DNA from: Callorhinchus milii
Lineage: Eukaryota
Assembly (NCBI RefSeq): GCF_018977255.1
Contig: NW_024704742.1
Span: forward strand, 107,634,001-107,698,000
Length of the DNA stretch: 64,000 nt
Direction of reading: 5' to 3'
This document shows positions 37,380 through 50,147 of this stretch, piece by piece. Every line of letters begins with the position of its first letter. Positions within the stretch are counted from its first letter, which is position 1. Made by a program: the position numbers and the translations under genes. The notes beneath the pieces were generated by a model. The model saw only the letters and a program-made list of their open reading frames with translations, did not search any database and was not told where the DNA came from.

Positions 37380-37687
37380 CCAGAGATACTGTCGAAAAAT
37401 TTAAGATAGCTGTCAAAAGAACCAGAGGGAATATCAGGCAAATTTTTTTCACACAGTGAGTTGTTTGGATATGGAATGCACTGCCTGAAAGGGGGTGGAA
37501 GCAGATGCGGTAACAACTTTCAAGAGAAAAGTGGATAAATATTTGGGGAGGACAAACTTTCTAGGCTATGGGGAAAGCGCGGAGGAGTGGGATTAATTTG
37601 GACAGCTTTTTCAAGAGCTGGCACGGGAACGATGGGCCAAATGGCCTCCTTCTGTGCTGAATAATTCTATGGTTCAATGTTTCTATG
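37380..37687 (+). mobile_element. CR1 LINE 3' end
   Basis: tttttttcacacagtgagttgtt...tggaatgcactgcctga...gatgggccaaatggcctccttctgtgctg...ttctatg tail. Confidence 0.85.
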
Positions 37688-38139
37688 AGTTCCTGTTGGA
37701 CAATTGTGCCTGTAGATTGGCCATCATTGTCTTTATCAGGCCTGCATTTTTCCAACCTCTCCCTGAGTGACAATTTCATGATGTTCAGAACCACTCGTGG
37801 ACAATGGAACATTTCTCCCCTTGGAAAGCTCTGTTTCAAAATTGGAAAGATGTCATCAAGAATAATAATAATAATCTTTGCATTTGATATAGCGCCTTAT
37901 CATGTCGTCGAGACGCCTCAAAACATTTGATAGAATTTACTGTAAAGTGAATTGACTGTAAATAATCAATAATAACATTATTAATTAAAATTATCAAAAC
38001 TGTAAATAATCAACAATAAACTGAATATGCTTATTTGCAGGATAGTGGACCTCAACTTAACAGTGTTCCTTAATACTATGCCTGCAGGGTAAGGAAAATC
38101 CATGTAATATGACAGAATTCCACTGGTAAAGAGCAACCA

Positions 38140-38460
38140 TCCTTTGGATTAGATGTTAAACCAAGGTCCCATCTGTGCCTGTTCAGGTGGCTGTTAAAGA
38201 TCCCATGGCATTATTTGAAAAGAGAAGGAAGTTTCTCTCTCCCAGTGTCCTGGACAACAATCCCACAAATAAAATTGATCACTCACTGCATGGCTGTTTG
38301 TGGGACATTGCTATGCACAACCAACTGCTGCAATTGCTTTTGAATACCCAGGCTATCCACTTTATAGTATCCTTTGAAACATCCTGCTGATGTGATAAGC
38401 CGATATATCAAATGTAAGGATTATTATTATTATTATTATTATCATTATTATTATTATTAT
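38140..38460 (+). mobile_element. DeuSINE/SacSINE1-like SINE with an expanded (tta)n tail
   Basis: gttaaagatcccatggcattatttgaaaagag body; about 40-nt (tta)n at 38421-38460. Confidence 0.85.
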
Positions 38461-39964
38461 GCTCCTTTGAAGGTGGGAATGTTGAATTCAAAACTGGACA
38501 ATGATATAATATCCCTGATGTGTGAAGACACTTACCAGGCTTGATTGAGCATGCCATTGATACTTAATTAGGCAGTCATTGTAGCCCTACTTCTCTTGGT
38601 ATAATAACAGCCTTAACTTGAAGAAAAATTAATTTCCGTCTTACATTAATAGTATTTATGCCTAACAAAGACAAATGCATTTCCTTATTTATTACGTTCT
38701 TCAGGATTCCCTGAAGACCTCACTAACCTTAAATATTTGTAAAATTGCGTTAGAAGCAAGTTTCAGAAACACTGTCAGATGTGGAGCATATGAATAAGGA
38801 GAAAAATAGCACAAAGTTGCACAAACTGGACTAAAAGACAAACAACGTGATGGAATTCACTAAAGGGAAGGGAATAAGGGAGAAACTGCCTGACAAATGA
38901 GTTTGCATTTGATTAATAGAATATGAGGGCATTGCTAATTTTGCTAGACAGCATTATAGTACGTTAAGAAGATCAATAGTTTCCTTGGACTGTTACAAAA
39001 CACATTTTTCTGCAGTTGGAGCTGCCTTACTTCTGATGGATGAGTTGAGGCAGTGTTGTGTAGTGGAGCACCAATCCATAATCTTGCACATTTTGGGAGT
39101 ATATAAGCACTGAACGTTTTTTTAAAGTCTTCATGCAAATCACACGAAGTGGCATTTGGCCTGAAGTACTACTAACTGATGCATAATGCATAAAATTATA
39201 TTGTTTTAATTAAATACTCATGATTCTAGACGTCATCGTTAGACTTAAAATTCTGTTCAACTCGTTATTAACAAAGTAAGAAAGAACAAGATTTTGGGAG
39301 ACATCCCCCCCCACTCAGGATTTCCTCTGATGTAGGCATTTAGCAGTCATTTCCCTCTGATTCCAGTAATGTACAAATATGACTAATGGGAATGGACATA
39401 AAGAGCAAACACTTCATTGGAGAACAAAGAAGAGTATTGATTACCATCATTCAGGAATTCCAAAATGCTTTTGGGAGTGGATGTGCATGCATTTTTCCAT
39501 CTGCAGAATATATGCATGTTATTTTCTCCCTTTGTCTTAGCCAACGATGCCCAACAACATAATAGGTCACTTTATCAAATGCAAGGATTATTTATTTTCT
39601 ATTATTATTATTTTAAGGTTCTGCAATCTTAATTGTCGCTAGGGAAGAGGGCAGTGAGAATTGAGTTTGTGTTCTGTTTATACTTGCCTGATTTTTCTTT
39701 GTTTTATGAAAAAAAGGCATAGTGAATAGCTGAGTAAAACAAATCAATTATTTATTCAATATGAACAAAATAAACAAAATAAATTTTAAAAAGGGCAGAT
39801 TGACTTTTTATATAAAAATATAAAAAACAAGGCAATCTGTTTATTTATATAATTCTTTTTTAAAAATGGCAATCCACCTTAATATTATATTGAAAATGTA
39901 AACACAAAATTACTGACTGGTTTTGAATTAAATATGAAAAAGAAATATATTTTTCCATAAAATC

Positions 39965-40160
39965 TAAAGTAGAATTAAATAGCACAAAAGGAGACCATTT
40001 GGCCCATTGTGTCTATGGCGGCTCTTTTAAAAGAACTATCCAAATCAATCCCACTCCCCAGCTCTCTCCCCATAGCCCTGCAAACTTGTCCTCCCCAAAT
40101 AATTATCTACTTCTCTCTTAAAAGTTGTTATTGAATTGGCTTCCACCACTCTTTCAGGCA
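39965..40160 (-). mobile_element. CR1 LINE 3' end
   Basis: Reverse complement of the CR1 terminus (agcacaaaaggagaccatttggcccatt...ccccatagccctgcaaac). Confidence 0.85.
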
Positions 40161-40259
40161 TATACACATACGCCTTTGTGTTTTATCCATATATATACAT
40201 ATATGCATATATACATACCTAATAGTGTGCCTAGAATCGGTGTAATATGATGTGTCTTT

Positions 40260-40760
40260 CCTCCTACACACTAACTGGGCACTTCTTTGTGGTGGTGTTC
40301 CGACATCCTGACGGCCCACAGTGGGTCTTGTGTGGGGGTTGCAGTGATTGACTCCAGTGGATCACTTCATGGCTGTTTTCTGTGAGAAAATTGACTACTG
40401 ATTCGTCTACAAATACACAGTCACTACACTTTACAGTAATTCATTTGAAGCCCTTGGAGATATCCTCTTAACATAAAAGGTGCTATTATAATATCTGTCC
40501 ATGCAGTAGGGTGGTAAATGGAGCAGTGTCTGGTGCACTTTGAAGGCTCGATGTACCCTCCCGGGTACCTGCAGATACCCAGGAGGGTTGACGGAGAGCA
40601 GGAGCCTAACCTCACACCCTGTCAAATGGTCCAATGCGTCCACAAAGTTGGATTGACCTGGTGGTGGGAGTTGGAATTGGCCACATGCCAGCTACATCAG
40701 CTTGTTCTGCAAAAAGTTAGCATTTTTTAGATGCCCTTCACTTCAGAGCGAGTGCCTTCA
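40260..40760 (+). pseudogene. Possible fossil Gypsy reverse transcriptase, split by a SINE fragment (tentative)
   Basis: YTLTGHFFVVVFRHPDGP (cf. F.T..GHY.F.VMPFGL.NAP), then after the SINE EQCLVHFEG (cf. CLVYLDD), HKVGL, CQL...KVSIF, in the expected order. Confidence 0.3.
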
Positions 40761-41062
40761 TTGTATGTTGAATTCACAATGTTTTCTCCTCTTCTAACAC
40801 TGCCTGTTTTGTCTTTGTCTTTTTGGTCTATTGTTTCCTCTTCAACTCTTTGCACTCAATGTTACACCCTTTTGTTCAGTAGGCAGCTGCTCTGTTCAGT
40901 CTTGTTTTGTCTTCTTTGTCTTTCTTTCTTCTTGACATGCCAAACTCACTGAAACCTGATCTCAATCACTGACCCATCCATCTGCCAAGGTTCCTCAATT
41001 GCTGACTGACACCTACTTTCAGCTTAAATGTGTTATTCACTGGAATAGTGAAAAGCTTAATA

Positions 41063-41265
41063 GGAAATAAAAGCAGAAAATGCTGTAGATCCACAAAAGG
41101 TCAATTAGTATCTGAAGGAGGAAGACACGTTAACATTTCAAGCAGGATCCTTTATCTGCCTTCAGCTAAACATGATTTGTTATTCTCCTTAAGATGCCAA
41201 ATTAGCTGTTGTGGAATTTTGGTATTTCCTGGTTTTATTTTAGATTTTTAGCATCTGCAGTTTTT
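41063..41265. mobile_element. Decayed relative of the Penelope-type fold-back element
   Basis: aaataaaagcagaaaatgctg...ggttttattttagatttttagcatctgcagt. The reverse complement of 41129-41158 (cagataaaggatcctgcttgaaatgttaac) is an eroded hammerhead region. Confidence 0.5.
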
Positions 41266-41479
41266 TCAAACTGAGACAAACAGGGAAAATTGGTCAAAAA
41301 GTAAACCTGCAGACAGCAGAGAAGCATACACACAAATACACCAACAAATTACACACAAGGAATAAGAACCCAGTTGGGAATGATGCAGTGCTAAAGAAAT
41401 TAAGGTCAGGAATGAGAAAAGGCAATAGACCAAGGAAGCAGTAACAGATAGAGTAATAAGAAACAAGATCATGTGTTCA

Positions 41480-41790
41480 GGAAAAAGATTAATATCAAGA
41501 TTTAAGAGTCTGGGTATTAAAGGTAAAGTGATAGAGCAGATAGGGGGATGGCTAAGGGATAGAGTGCAGAGAGTGGAAAACAGTGGCTGTTTCACAGACT
41601 GGCAGGATACAACTGATAGTTTGCCCCAAGGTGTTTTTTTAAACAAAATACATTAATGATTTGAGTGGGGACATAAAGAGGGATTACATCCAAGTTTGCT
41701 GATGATACTAAATTCGAAAGATTGTCAAATTGTGAGAATAATTGTGAGAGTGAGAATAAGTCATTGTTAGGCTAGAGAAACGATGGTCAG
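41480..41790 (+). mobile_element. Decayed CR1 RT fragment
   Basis: GIKGKVIEQIGGWLRDRVQRV...PQG and tccaagtttgctgatgatactaaa = SKFADDTK. Confidence 0.8.
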
Positions 41791-42344
41791 ACAACAACAC
41801 CTTGCAATTATATAGCGCTCTTCAAGCGGGGTAGCATCCCAGAGCACTTGACAGTGGCGGAGTCTGACACCGAGCTAGGGGGAGATGGCGGGGGGAGATG
41901 ATTGTAAGATCGATCAAAAAGGAAGGTCTTTAGGCGGCATTTGAAAGTGGGGAGGGAGGGGGCAAGGTGGAAGGGTTGAGGGAGAGCAGACTGATAAATG
42001 GAAAGCTGATAAAACTTCCAACAAAACAGTCACTAATTGTGATAGAAATTACTTTGAAGTCCTTTAAAACACTTGAATGCTGTAGGTGCTATAAAAACAA
42101 AAAAATCATTCATTCATTCATTCATTCATTTATTCAAGTAGTGCATTTTGGGAAGAAAATAAAACAAGTGGAATTACACAAGAAAGGCTTCCTTCTGCGC
42201 TGTGCTGAAAATGTCAATATTTCTATGAAAGTCAAGAATAAGCTCACAAAAGTGAAAAGTGAAGGGACACAAATATTAATATACTTTTTCATACTGAATC
42301 TGTTAGTACTCAACACCACAGGGACAAACCAACAATGGAAACCA

Positions 42345-42860
42345 GAACAGCTAGGGTGCAGGGGAGATTTACGAGGATGGTACCAGGAATGAGGGACCTT
42401 GATTATGAGGAAAGGCGAGAGAGGCTGGGATTATTCTCATTGGAGCTGAGAAGGTTACGAGGACACCTAATAGAGGTTTCAAAATCAAGAGGGGATTTGA
42501 TAGGTTAGAAAGGGAAAAACTGTTTCCACTGGTGGGTGTGTCGGTGACTTGAGGTCACAGATTCAAAATAGTTTCTAAAAGAAGCAGAGGGAAGGTGAGA
42601 AGAATTTTTTTCACGCAGCGAGTTGTTCGAATCTGGAACGCATTGCCTGAAAGGTTGGTGGAGGCCGATTCAATAACTACTTTTAAAAACGCGGTGGACG
42701 GGTATTTGAGGAGGACGGGTTTGCAGGGTTATGGGGAAAGGGCTGGGGAGTGGGATTGACATTAATTGCTCTATTCAAAGAGCCATAACAAACTCAATGG
42801 GCCGAATGGCCTCTTTTGGTGCTGTACGATTCTATGATTCTTTGATTCTATGCTTCTATG
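42345..42860 (+). mobile_element. Young CR1 LINE 3' end
   Basis: RFTRMVPGMRDLDYEER.ERLGLFSLE.RRLRG.LIEV ORF2 C-terminus, 3' UTR and (attctatg)n tail. Confidence 0.93.
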
Positions 42861-43409
42861 ACTGAAGCAAAGTATTTTTTGCTGATTTTCACTGGAAGCT
42901 GTGATACTGCGATTTAATTGCATTTTTCTCTATAGGTTTCCACAAGACCCAAGAAGACATCCTTCTCCCAGGCTACTAATAGCAATCTGTAATCAACAGC
43001 AGGACTGACCTGAGGTGATTGTTTGTTGCTTTCTCTTCCCTCCCTGAAGAGCATTCAATCTTCAATCTTGCTTCTGCTGTCTGAAGGTATGACTGGGATC
43101 AGAAGCAGCAATTCTCTGTGGATCAGCTTACCTAGGACACATGCACATTGCAGCAACATTACCTCCCTTTGGTACAGAACCATTTTATTTGCACTGCCAT
43201 GAAAAACAATAGATAGGGGAAAAACAAAAAAAGATATATTACAGAGCATTTTATTTAAATTGTTAATTTCTTGCTATTATTTAAGTGTTGCTAAAAACAT
43301 TAGACCTAGCTAACCAGGAACCAATATACAACATGATAACATAATTTGATTGATGTATTTTTACAAGGAACCGTTGCTTTAATATAATGTTTTAATTCAT
43401 TCATTAATA

Positions 43410-43671
43410 CAACAACAACAACAACAACAACAGCAACAAGATTCCATTTATAGAGCGCCTTTCACGTTGGGAGGACGTCCCAAGGCGCTGGACAGTTGGG
43501 TCAGGACCCGAGCAGGGGGGAAATGGTCAGGGTGGGGGGAGGGAAGGGAGGGAGTGAGGAAGGGGTAGAGAGTCGAGAGGAGAGCTGAAGGCACGGTCAA
43601 AGAGAAAGGTCTTGAGACCGGCCTTGAAGGAGGAAAGGGAGGAAGCGGCGAAGGCACTGGTGGATGGAGTT
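43410..43671 (-). mobile_element. Young L2 3' fragment
   Basis: (caa)n tail and gagcgcctttcacgttgggaggacgtcccaaggcgct stem-loop; same subfamily as 18975-19490. Confidence 0.9.
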
Positions 43672-44295
43672 CTGCCACTACCTCACCCCTCAGGCCACTG
43701 AAACTCTTGTTCACGCCTTCATCACCCCCAGACTCCACTATACAAACACCCTGCTTGTCGGCCTTCCAAACTCCTCCCTCCACAGGCTGCAGATAATCCA
43801 GAACTCTGCAGCCCGTGTCCTTTCCTGCACAAAACTCCGTGACCCCATCACCCCCATTCTTGCCCAACTCCATTGGCTCCCTATCCTTCAGAGGATCCAG
43901 TACAAGTTCCTGGTCTTCACCTACAAAGCCTTCCATGGCCTCGCCCCACCCTACCTCTGTGACCTCCTAAACCCCTATCAACCCGCCCGCTCCCTCCGCT
44001 CAGTTGGCTCCGGCCTGCTCCACGTCTCCCGACCCACCCGCCCCACCATTGGCAGGAGAGCCTTTAGCCACTCTTGGCCCAACTTCTGGAATTCCATCCC
44101 CCAGTCACTCCGCCTCATCCCCTCCTTAGCCTCCTTCAAGTCCTGCCTCAAGACCCTCCTCTTCGACCATGCCATCGGTCACCCCCCTTCCCCTCCTCTC
44201 CCTTCTCCCTTCCTGACCCCAGCGCCGTCCAGCGCCTTGGGACATCCTCCCGACGTGAAAGGCGCTACACAAATGTAATCTTATTGTTGTTGTTG
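43672..44295 (+). mobile_element. L2 3' fragment with an uninterrupted ORF2 C-terminal frame
   Basis: ETLVHAFITPRLHYTNTLLVGLP...LQIIQNSAARVL...ITPILAQLHWLPI.QRIQYK...WNSIP...FKSCLKTLLF, then 3' stem-loop and (ttg)n. Confidence 0.93.
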
Positions 44296-44714
44296 GTAAG
44301 AAGAAAAACCTTGTATTTTTGTGGTGCCCTTCAAGCAGGATAGTGTCTCAGACACTAACAGTTCCAGTTATCGATTATCATCTCTATATAAAAAAATCTG
44401 TGCATGTGTCTGTCACTAACCCTTGCCCTCTAGTCCTTCTTCTGAAAACATTATTCTGGGATTACTTTCTCTGTCACATTTTTGTATGTTTTATGCAGAC
44501 ATCTTTTATGGTTCAATATGCCCTTGTTAGTCCTCATATCATAGCTCATCCTTCTAACATTGGGGATCAGTTTCATTGCTCTTCTTTACACTGTCTCTGA
44601 GTCCCGGGCAGATCTCTGATACTGTAGTGACAGGAACAACTGGGCATATTCCAGGTTCAGCATAACCAGAGCAGTGTACAGCTTAAACTTGACATTTGGG
44701 ATCTGAGCTGAACT

Positions 44715-44995
44715 GAGCCCCACCACTGGCAGGCGGGCCTTCTAGCACTCTGCCCCCACCCTCTGGAACTCTATCCTACAGTCGCTCTGCCTATCTATCC
44801 TCCCTTGCCTCCTTCAAGACCCATCTCAAGACCTTCCTCTTCGACTGTGCTTTTGATCACCCTGCTTCCCCCCCTTGCCTTCCACCCTCCCCAATCCTAA
44901 CCCCCAACTGGGGTCTGAAGCTCTGACTGTCCAGCGCCTTGGGATGTCCTCCCGAAATGAAAGGCCTTATACAATTTTGTTCTTGTATTTTGTTG
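44715..44995 (+). mobile_element. L2 3' fragment
   Basis: ccaccactggcaggcgggccttc...cagcgccttgggatgtcctcccgaaatgaaagg. Confidence 0.87.
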
Positions 44996-45369
44996 AACTG
45001 ATGTGGCAGTGTAACCAGAAAATTGTAATCTTTTTTAATTGTCACCCCACACTGTTAGAATAAGATGAGCGATGACTCCGCCACCATCTCCAGGTCTCTT
45101 TCAACTTCTCCCTTGTAAGGCTCTTTCCTTTGTCTGATGCCTAGTACTACCTGCTTCAGTTCCCTTTTTAATACAAAAGGAAACAGCAAACTGTCTGACG
45201 CTTGACTTGTCCTCCACGGGTGGTCAAAGATAAAAGTATAAATGTAGAGGGCACAGATAACCTTTGCAATCACTGTTTGTGGTTGAACCATCCCTACAAG
45301 TCTTCATGAAGCATGTGACACAACTTGATCATAGTCTCCTTGGATACCTCAGCCCTTTCAGGCACTGTC

Positions 45370-45890
45370 ATTATTCAGAACTCTGCAGCTCGTGTCCTCT
45401 TCCGCACCAAACTCCGTGAACCTATCACTTCCATTCTCACTCGGCTCCACTGGCTCCCCACCTCCCAGAGGATAGAGTTCAAAATCCTCGCCCTTGCTTT
45501 CAAAGCCCTACATGGTCTTGCTCCTCCTACCTCTGTGACCTGGTAACCCCATATCAACCTGTCCGTTCCTTCCGCTCCGTAGGATGTGGCCTGCTCCGTG
45601 TCCCCTGCCCACCCCACCATTGTTGTCAATCCTTCAGGATTTCTAGCCCCACCCCTTGGAACTCCTTCCCACATTTCCCTCATCATTTCCTATCTCCTTA
45701 TCCCCTCCCTTGCCTCCTTCAAAGCCCGTCTTAGACCCTCCTCTTCAACCGTGCCTTTGGCCACTCTCCCTACCCTCCACCCTTCCTATCCCCAACCCTC
45801 AGCTCAGATGAATCTTTGACTGCCCAGCGGCCTGGGACATCCTCCCAATGTCAAATGCGCTATACAAATGTAATTTGTTGTTATTCTTGT
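45370..45890 (+). mobile_element. L2 3' fragment
   Basis: IIQNSAARVLFRTKLREPITSILTRLHWLPTSQRIEFKIL and terminal stem-loop. Confidence 0.9.
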
Positions 45891-47209
45891 CATGGTCAGG
45901 TATCTTACAGTATTGCAATACCCCTACTGACTGGGTATAGTTCCTACTGTTCCTCATAAGTCTCCAATCATCTCAATGCTCCAGCCTCCTCCACCTTCCT
46001 CACATACATATCCCTGGTACATTAATTGCAACTACGTTCCAGCTCTCTCACAAAGATCTTGTACTCTTCACTGATCATAATGCTCTCCATTTACTCAGAA
46101 CTCTTTACCTTTGTTCTCCTCACCAATTACAGGTCTGACCTGAAGTCAAAACTCTAGTATTCGATGAGTCCTCTTACCTGGAGAATTCAGTGCTCTTTAA
46201 CAAAAGTTTACAAGCTAAACTGGGCTTTTTTAGAAACAATTTTAGCATTGTTTTTTTTCAAGTGCAGGAATTTCAGTAGTAGCAACACATAATTCATCTA
46301 TGTAATCTCCACTATTCTGTCTGTGGTTACGCACAATCCAATCTGTATCTCACTAGCATTATAAACCGCGGAATCACGGGCTTGTCCTCTGCGATACTTA
46401 TTTTCTGCTTTCTGTCAGTAATATTAGGAATGAGCCCTTGCAAATTATGCTGTATTAAAATGTTTTGCATGTCTTTTCATCTGCAACTATCACTCTTATA
46501 TTAATTACAAATGATGCATAGTAAAATATATTCAATTTTGGATGAGCTATTATTAAATTATTATATTTCACACTCACATGCCATATGGCGCATACTTGCT
46601 TAAATGCTGTTAATGCTTAGCAGATTAATTTTATTTTAACTATTTTCTGTAATGGATTTCTCCATAGTAACACATTAAAAAATAATAAGGCACTGTTTTT
46701 CTTTTGTTGCTATGGCTCTGCCAAGCATTAGTTTATTTTATGCAAAGTAACTCTCATGGCTTTATTAATTCAGTACAGCACAGCAAGGAATTCAAAGTAC
46801 AGAAAGAATAAAGATCAGACTATTTTTGATGATTCGTGGTGACAGCAATCTTCCTAATAATAGATATGAAATTTAAATTAAACTATTTGGAGGCAGAGCC
46901 TCCCTGCTCCAACCCTTCATTCAAAATTTCAGCTATTTATAATCAATTATAAACTCATTAGTTGTAATCGATTTTAAATTGTTGAAATTGGGCATTAGAG
47001 GTTATTTTTTAAGCCAATGAACCCTTTTAATAACTATAGAGAATAGGCTTCAAAGTGAAAACTAAATTCAGCAAACTATCAGATTTTGCACAGTGTGAAA
47101 TGTTACGTTAATAGAGCAAATCTAGACTTGAATGGAATTTTTACTATCAGGAGAATCTAACTTTCTCAAAAATACAAGTGAACTAATCTTGCATATTCGG
47201 TATATACAC

Positions 47210-47395
47210 CAATAATAATAATCCCTGCATTTGATATAGCGCCTTATCATGTCTTTGAGAGTCTCAAAGTGATTCACAGAATATACTGTAAAGTGAATTA
47301 ACTGTATATTTTGTGGGCGAAACGCAGAAGCCAATTGCACACAGCAGTGTCCCACAAACAGTCGTGGATTTAGTGACCAATTTATTATTATTTAT
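47210..47395 (-). mobile_element. 5'-truncated young SINE tail
   Basis: Reverse complement of the standard SINE 3' 180 bp. Confidence 0.87.
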
Positions 47396-50147
47396 TACAA
47401 TACTATACACCTGAGCTTGGGACGGAAGCCGAAGAGTATGTGGAAGGGAAAGATGACCGAAAGCGTGGTCAAAGAGCGCCGTCTTGAGCGTATATATGTG
47501 GTAATCAATTAGATACATGTGGACTTGGTTTATCCAGTGTCTACTTGCAAAAGCAGAATGTTTGCTACTCACCATCTTTTTTACATTTGTTTCTGTGCGA
47601 AAAGAATAAGTGAAGGTTTGTGATGGACAATCGTTGAGCGCCAGATTGTACTTGACTGGTGCACATAAATGACAAGTGGCTAAAGCTCAGCTCAGCCATG
47701 GCAAAGGCCAAATGGGCCTGACCCTGGCCAGAGTTGCTCTGCAATAGCCACGCTCAAGTCAGTGCCACATCCCCGCCCACTAGGGTACCTATTCGGTGGA
47801 AGGAGTAATATCTGTGTATTGTAGAGGAGGACACTAGTCTTGTAACCAAACAGCATCCCGAGAATGTGACGTTTGTCTGTAAGTTTGTCTGTCTTTCCCA
47901 TAAAAGGGGGAGCAGCAGAGTGTGGAATATTGGCTCACCATCCGCTAAGTGAGGGATGACAGAGCTGCGACCAGCCCAACGGTGTAACTGCTCCCTGTAG
48001 AACCCCAGGGCGAGGAAGCCTTGGTCCCTCCACCGCAAGGATACAGCACCCCGCCACAAGCGGACGGGTCTGCTTCGGTTCGTAACCTATTTTCTTTTTT
48101 CTGTTACGGCTGTAGTTTTCATGAGGAAAGCGTAAATATATTTTTATATGAATAAAATATTTGTTTATAAAAAAACACATCACCTCTGAAAACGACAAGT
48201 GGCCAAATCAGAATTGAGTTGTGTAGGTGGTTTCCTATAAGTAGATGTTGCATGTTATATGGTCTATGAATAAGTAATTTTTCACTCTGTTCTACTGAAT
48301 TGCCTCTTATACCTAATCGACAATGCACAACAAATATTCATAAATCGTCTGCTGCATTGAAATATATGAAGTTCATTGTGCTCACCCCCCAATAATGATT
48401 GTATTTGTTTACATTAATATACAGTCTGGAATAGTTTACAAGACTATACAGTTGCATTAATATTGTGGCATTGAATACTAAAGGATGTTTCACTTGTTAG
48501 TGAGAATCCTCTAGATTAATTGATCACTCATTTCTTTGTAGTTTGTGGAGCCTAACTGGACACTGCACAGTAACTACACTTGACAATAATCATTTGTAAA
48601 GTGCTTCTGAAACTATAAAAAATCCAAGTGCTTCCTTTAAATAGTATCAGTTAAATAATGGAAACATATCAGGGTTTATGCAGTTTGAAACACTGTAGCT
48701 CGTGGCTACTTTATAATTGTATTGCTTGGCTACCATCTATGAAAATATATACTTGACTGTGCACTCGTCAAGGGAGAGATTGAATAAGTTAGTGGTAAGG
48801 ACCATGCCCCAATTGACCAGAGAATTTGTAATTTCTCTGGAGAGAGCCAGGTTGCTGTTAACTAAATCCAGAGGCAAATGGTTATATTTGTAACAGTTTG
48901 AATAACTAATGAAGGGGAAATATAGGTCAGATTAAGCAAAAACTAGAAAGGTTGACACTGACTGATCCAGACTGCGATACATTCCTCTACATAATAAGAG
49001 TTATCCTTGAATTTCATACAGTAGCTTTCACTGTATGCCTTTCAGAAGGATGTCTCAAAGTGCTTCACAGCTCTGAAATGCTGCGTTCTGCGACTACCAC
49101 AGTAACCTATTCCACCATCATAAATAAAGATAGTGGCAATTAGAATTTTGGAGATGGCCTCGGGCTCAACAATCCCAGTTTAAAGACATTTAAATTCTAT
49201 ACTTTCACTTCCATCTTCCCTTTTGCAATTCGAGCTGCTAGAATATTTTTTTTTAAGTCAGAAATTAAATTTTAGACCACTACCTGGCAAAGAAACATGA
49301 AAGTTTGCACTCTCTACGGACTGTATTTATCCTTACTTGGATCGGAGGTCGAATGGATGTGTCACATTTAAGATGAAAGGTTAAAAAGAAATGCCGTCTC
49401 GCTGTTCAGATGGATGTGAATGATCCTGTGACGCTCTCCCAAAAGAGAAGGGAGTTTCTCCTTGCATCGTGGACAACAATCCTCCAGATTAAATCTGTCA
49501 TAAATTTCAAAGTTGTTTGTGGGACCTTGCTCTGTGCAAAATGCCTGCCTGTATTACAAGAGAGATTCAGATGAAGAAGCCCCACTGCCTATTTGATCTC
49601 AACATTTCAGAGCCTCTCATCCTTCCATTCCTGTTCCAGTCATTAATTACCCTCTAGCTAAAGAAATACTTCCTGCTGTATGTCCTGAAATTGTCCTTGT
49701 TCTGCTGATATGGCATATTGTAACTATTGTTCTGGGATAACTTTCCCATCCTATTTAAAAACTTATACATTTCTCTATAGGTGCCTCTGAGACATTTCTT
49801 TGCCCATACTGCCTGCATAGTCGTATATTCCATGCCCTAATTTATCTAACCCCAAATTATCTAATCATTGCTGACAGCTCCTTCCTCTAACATTAGGGAT
49901 CATCCTTATTGCTCTCTTCTAGACTACCTCTGGGCAATCCCTTTATGTCACAGTGATCAGAACTATATGTAGTGATCAAACCTGACCAGAACACTGTGAA
50001 TCTGGAGTCAACTGATTTGACACTATAGTCCAGTAGCAAACAAGGTGCATATATATATAGAAAGGCAAGTTCTTTCTTCTTTGAAATTATAAACTCCCAA
50101 TACATCACAAACAGCATTGATAGTCCAGCGACTACTAAAATGTTTGG

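Noticed and set aside
47925..48045. HDV-like ribozyme suggested by gctaagtgag and ggtccctcc
   Set aside because: I could not build the P1/P2/P3/P1.1 nested pseudoknot from the surrounding sequence.
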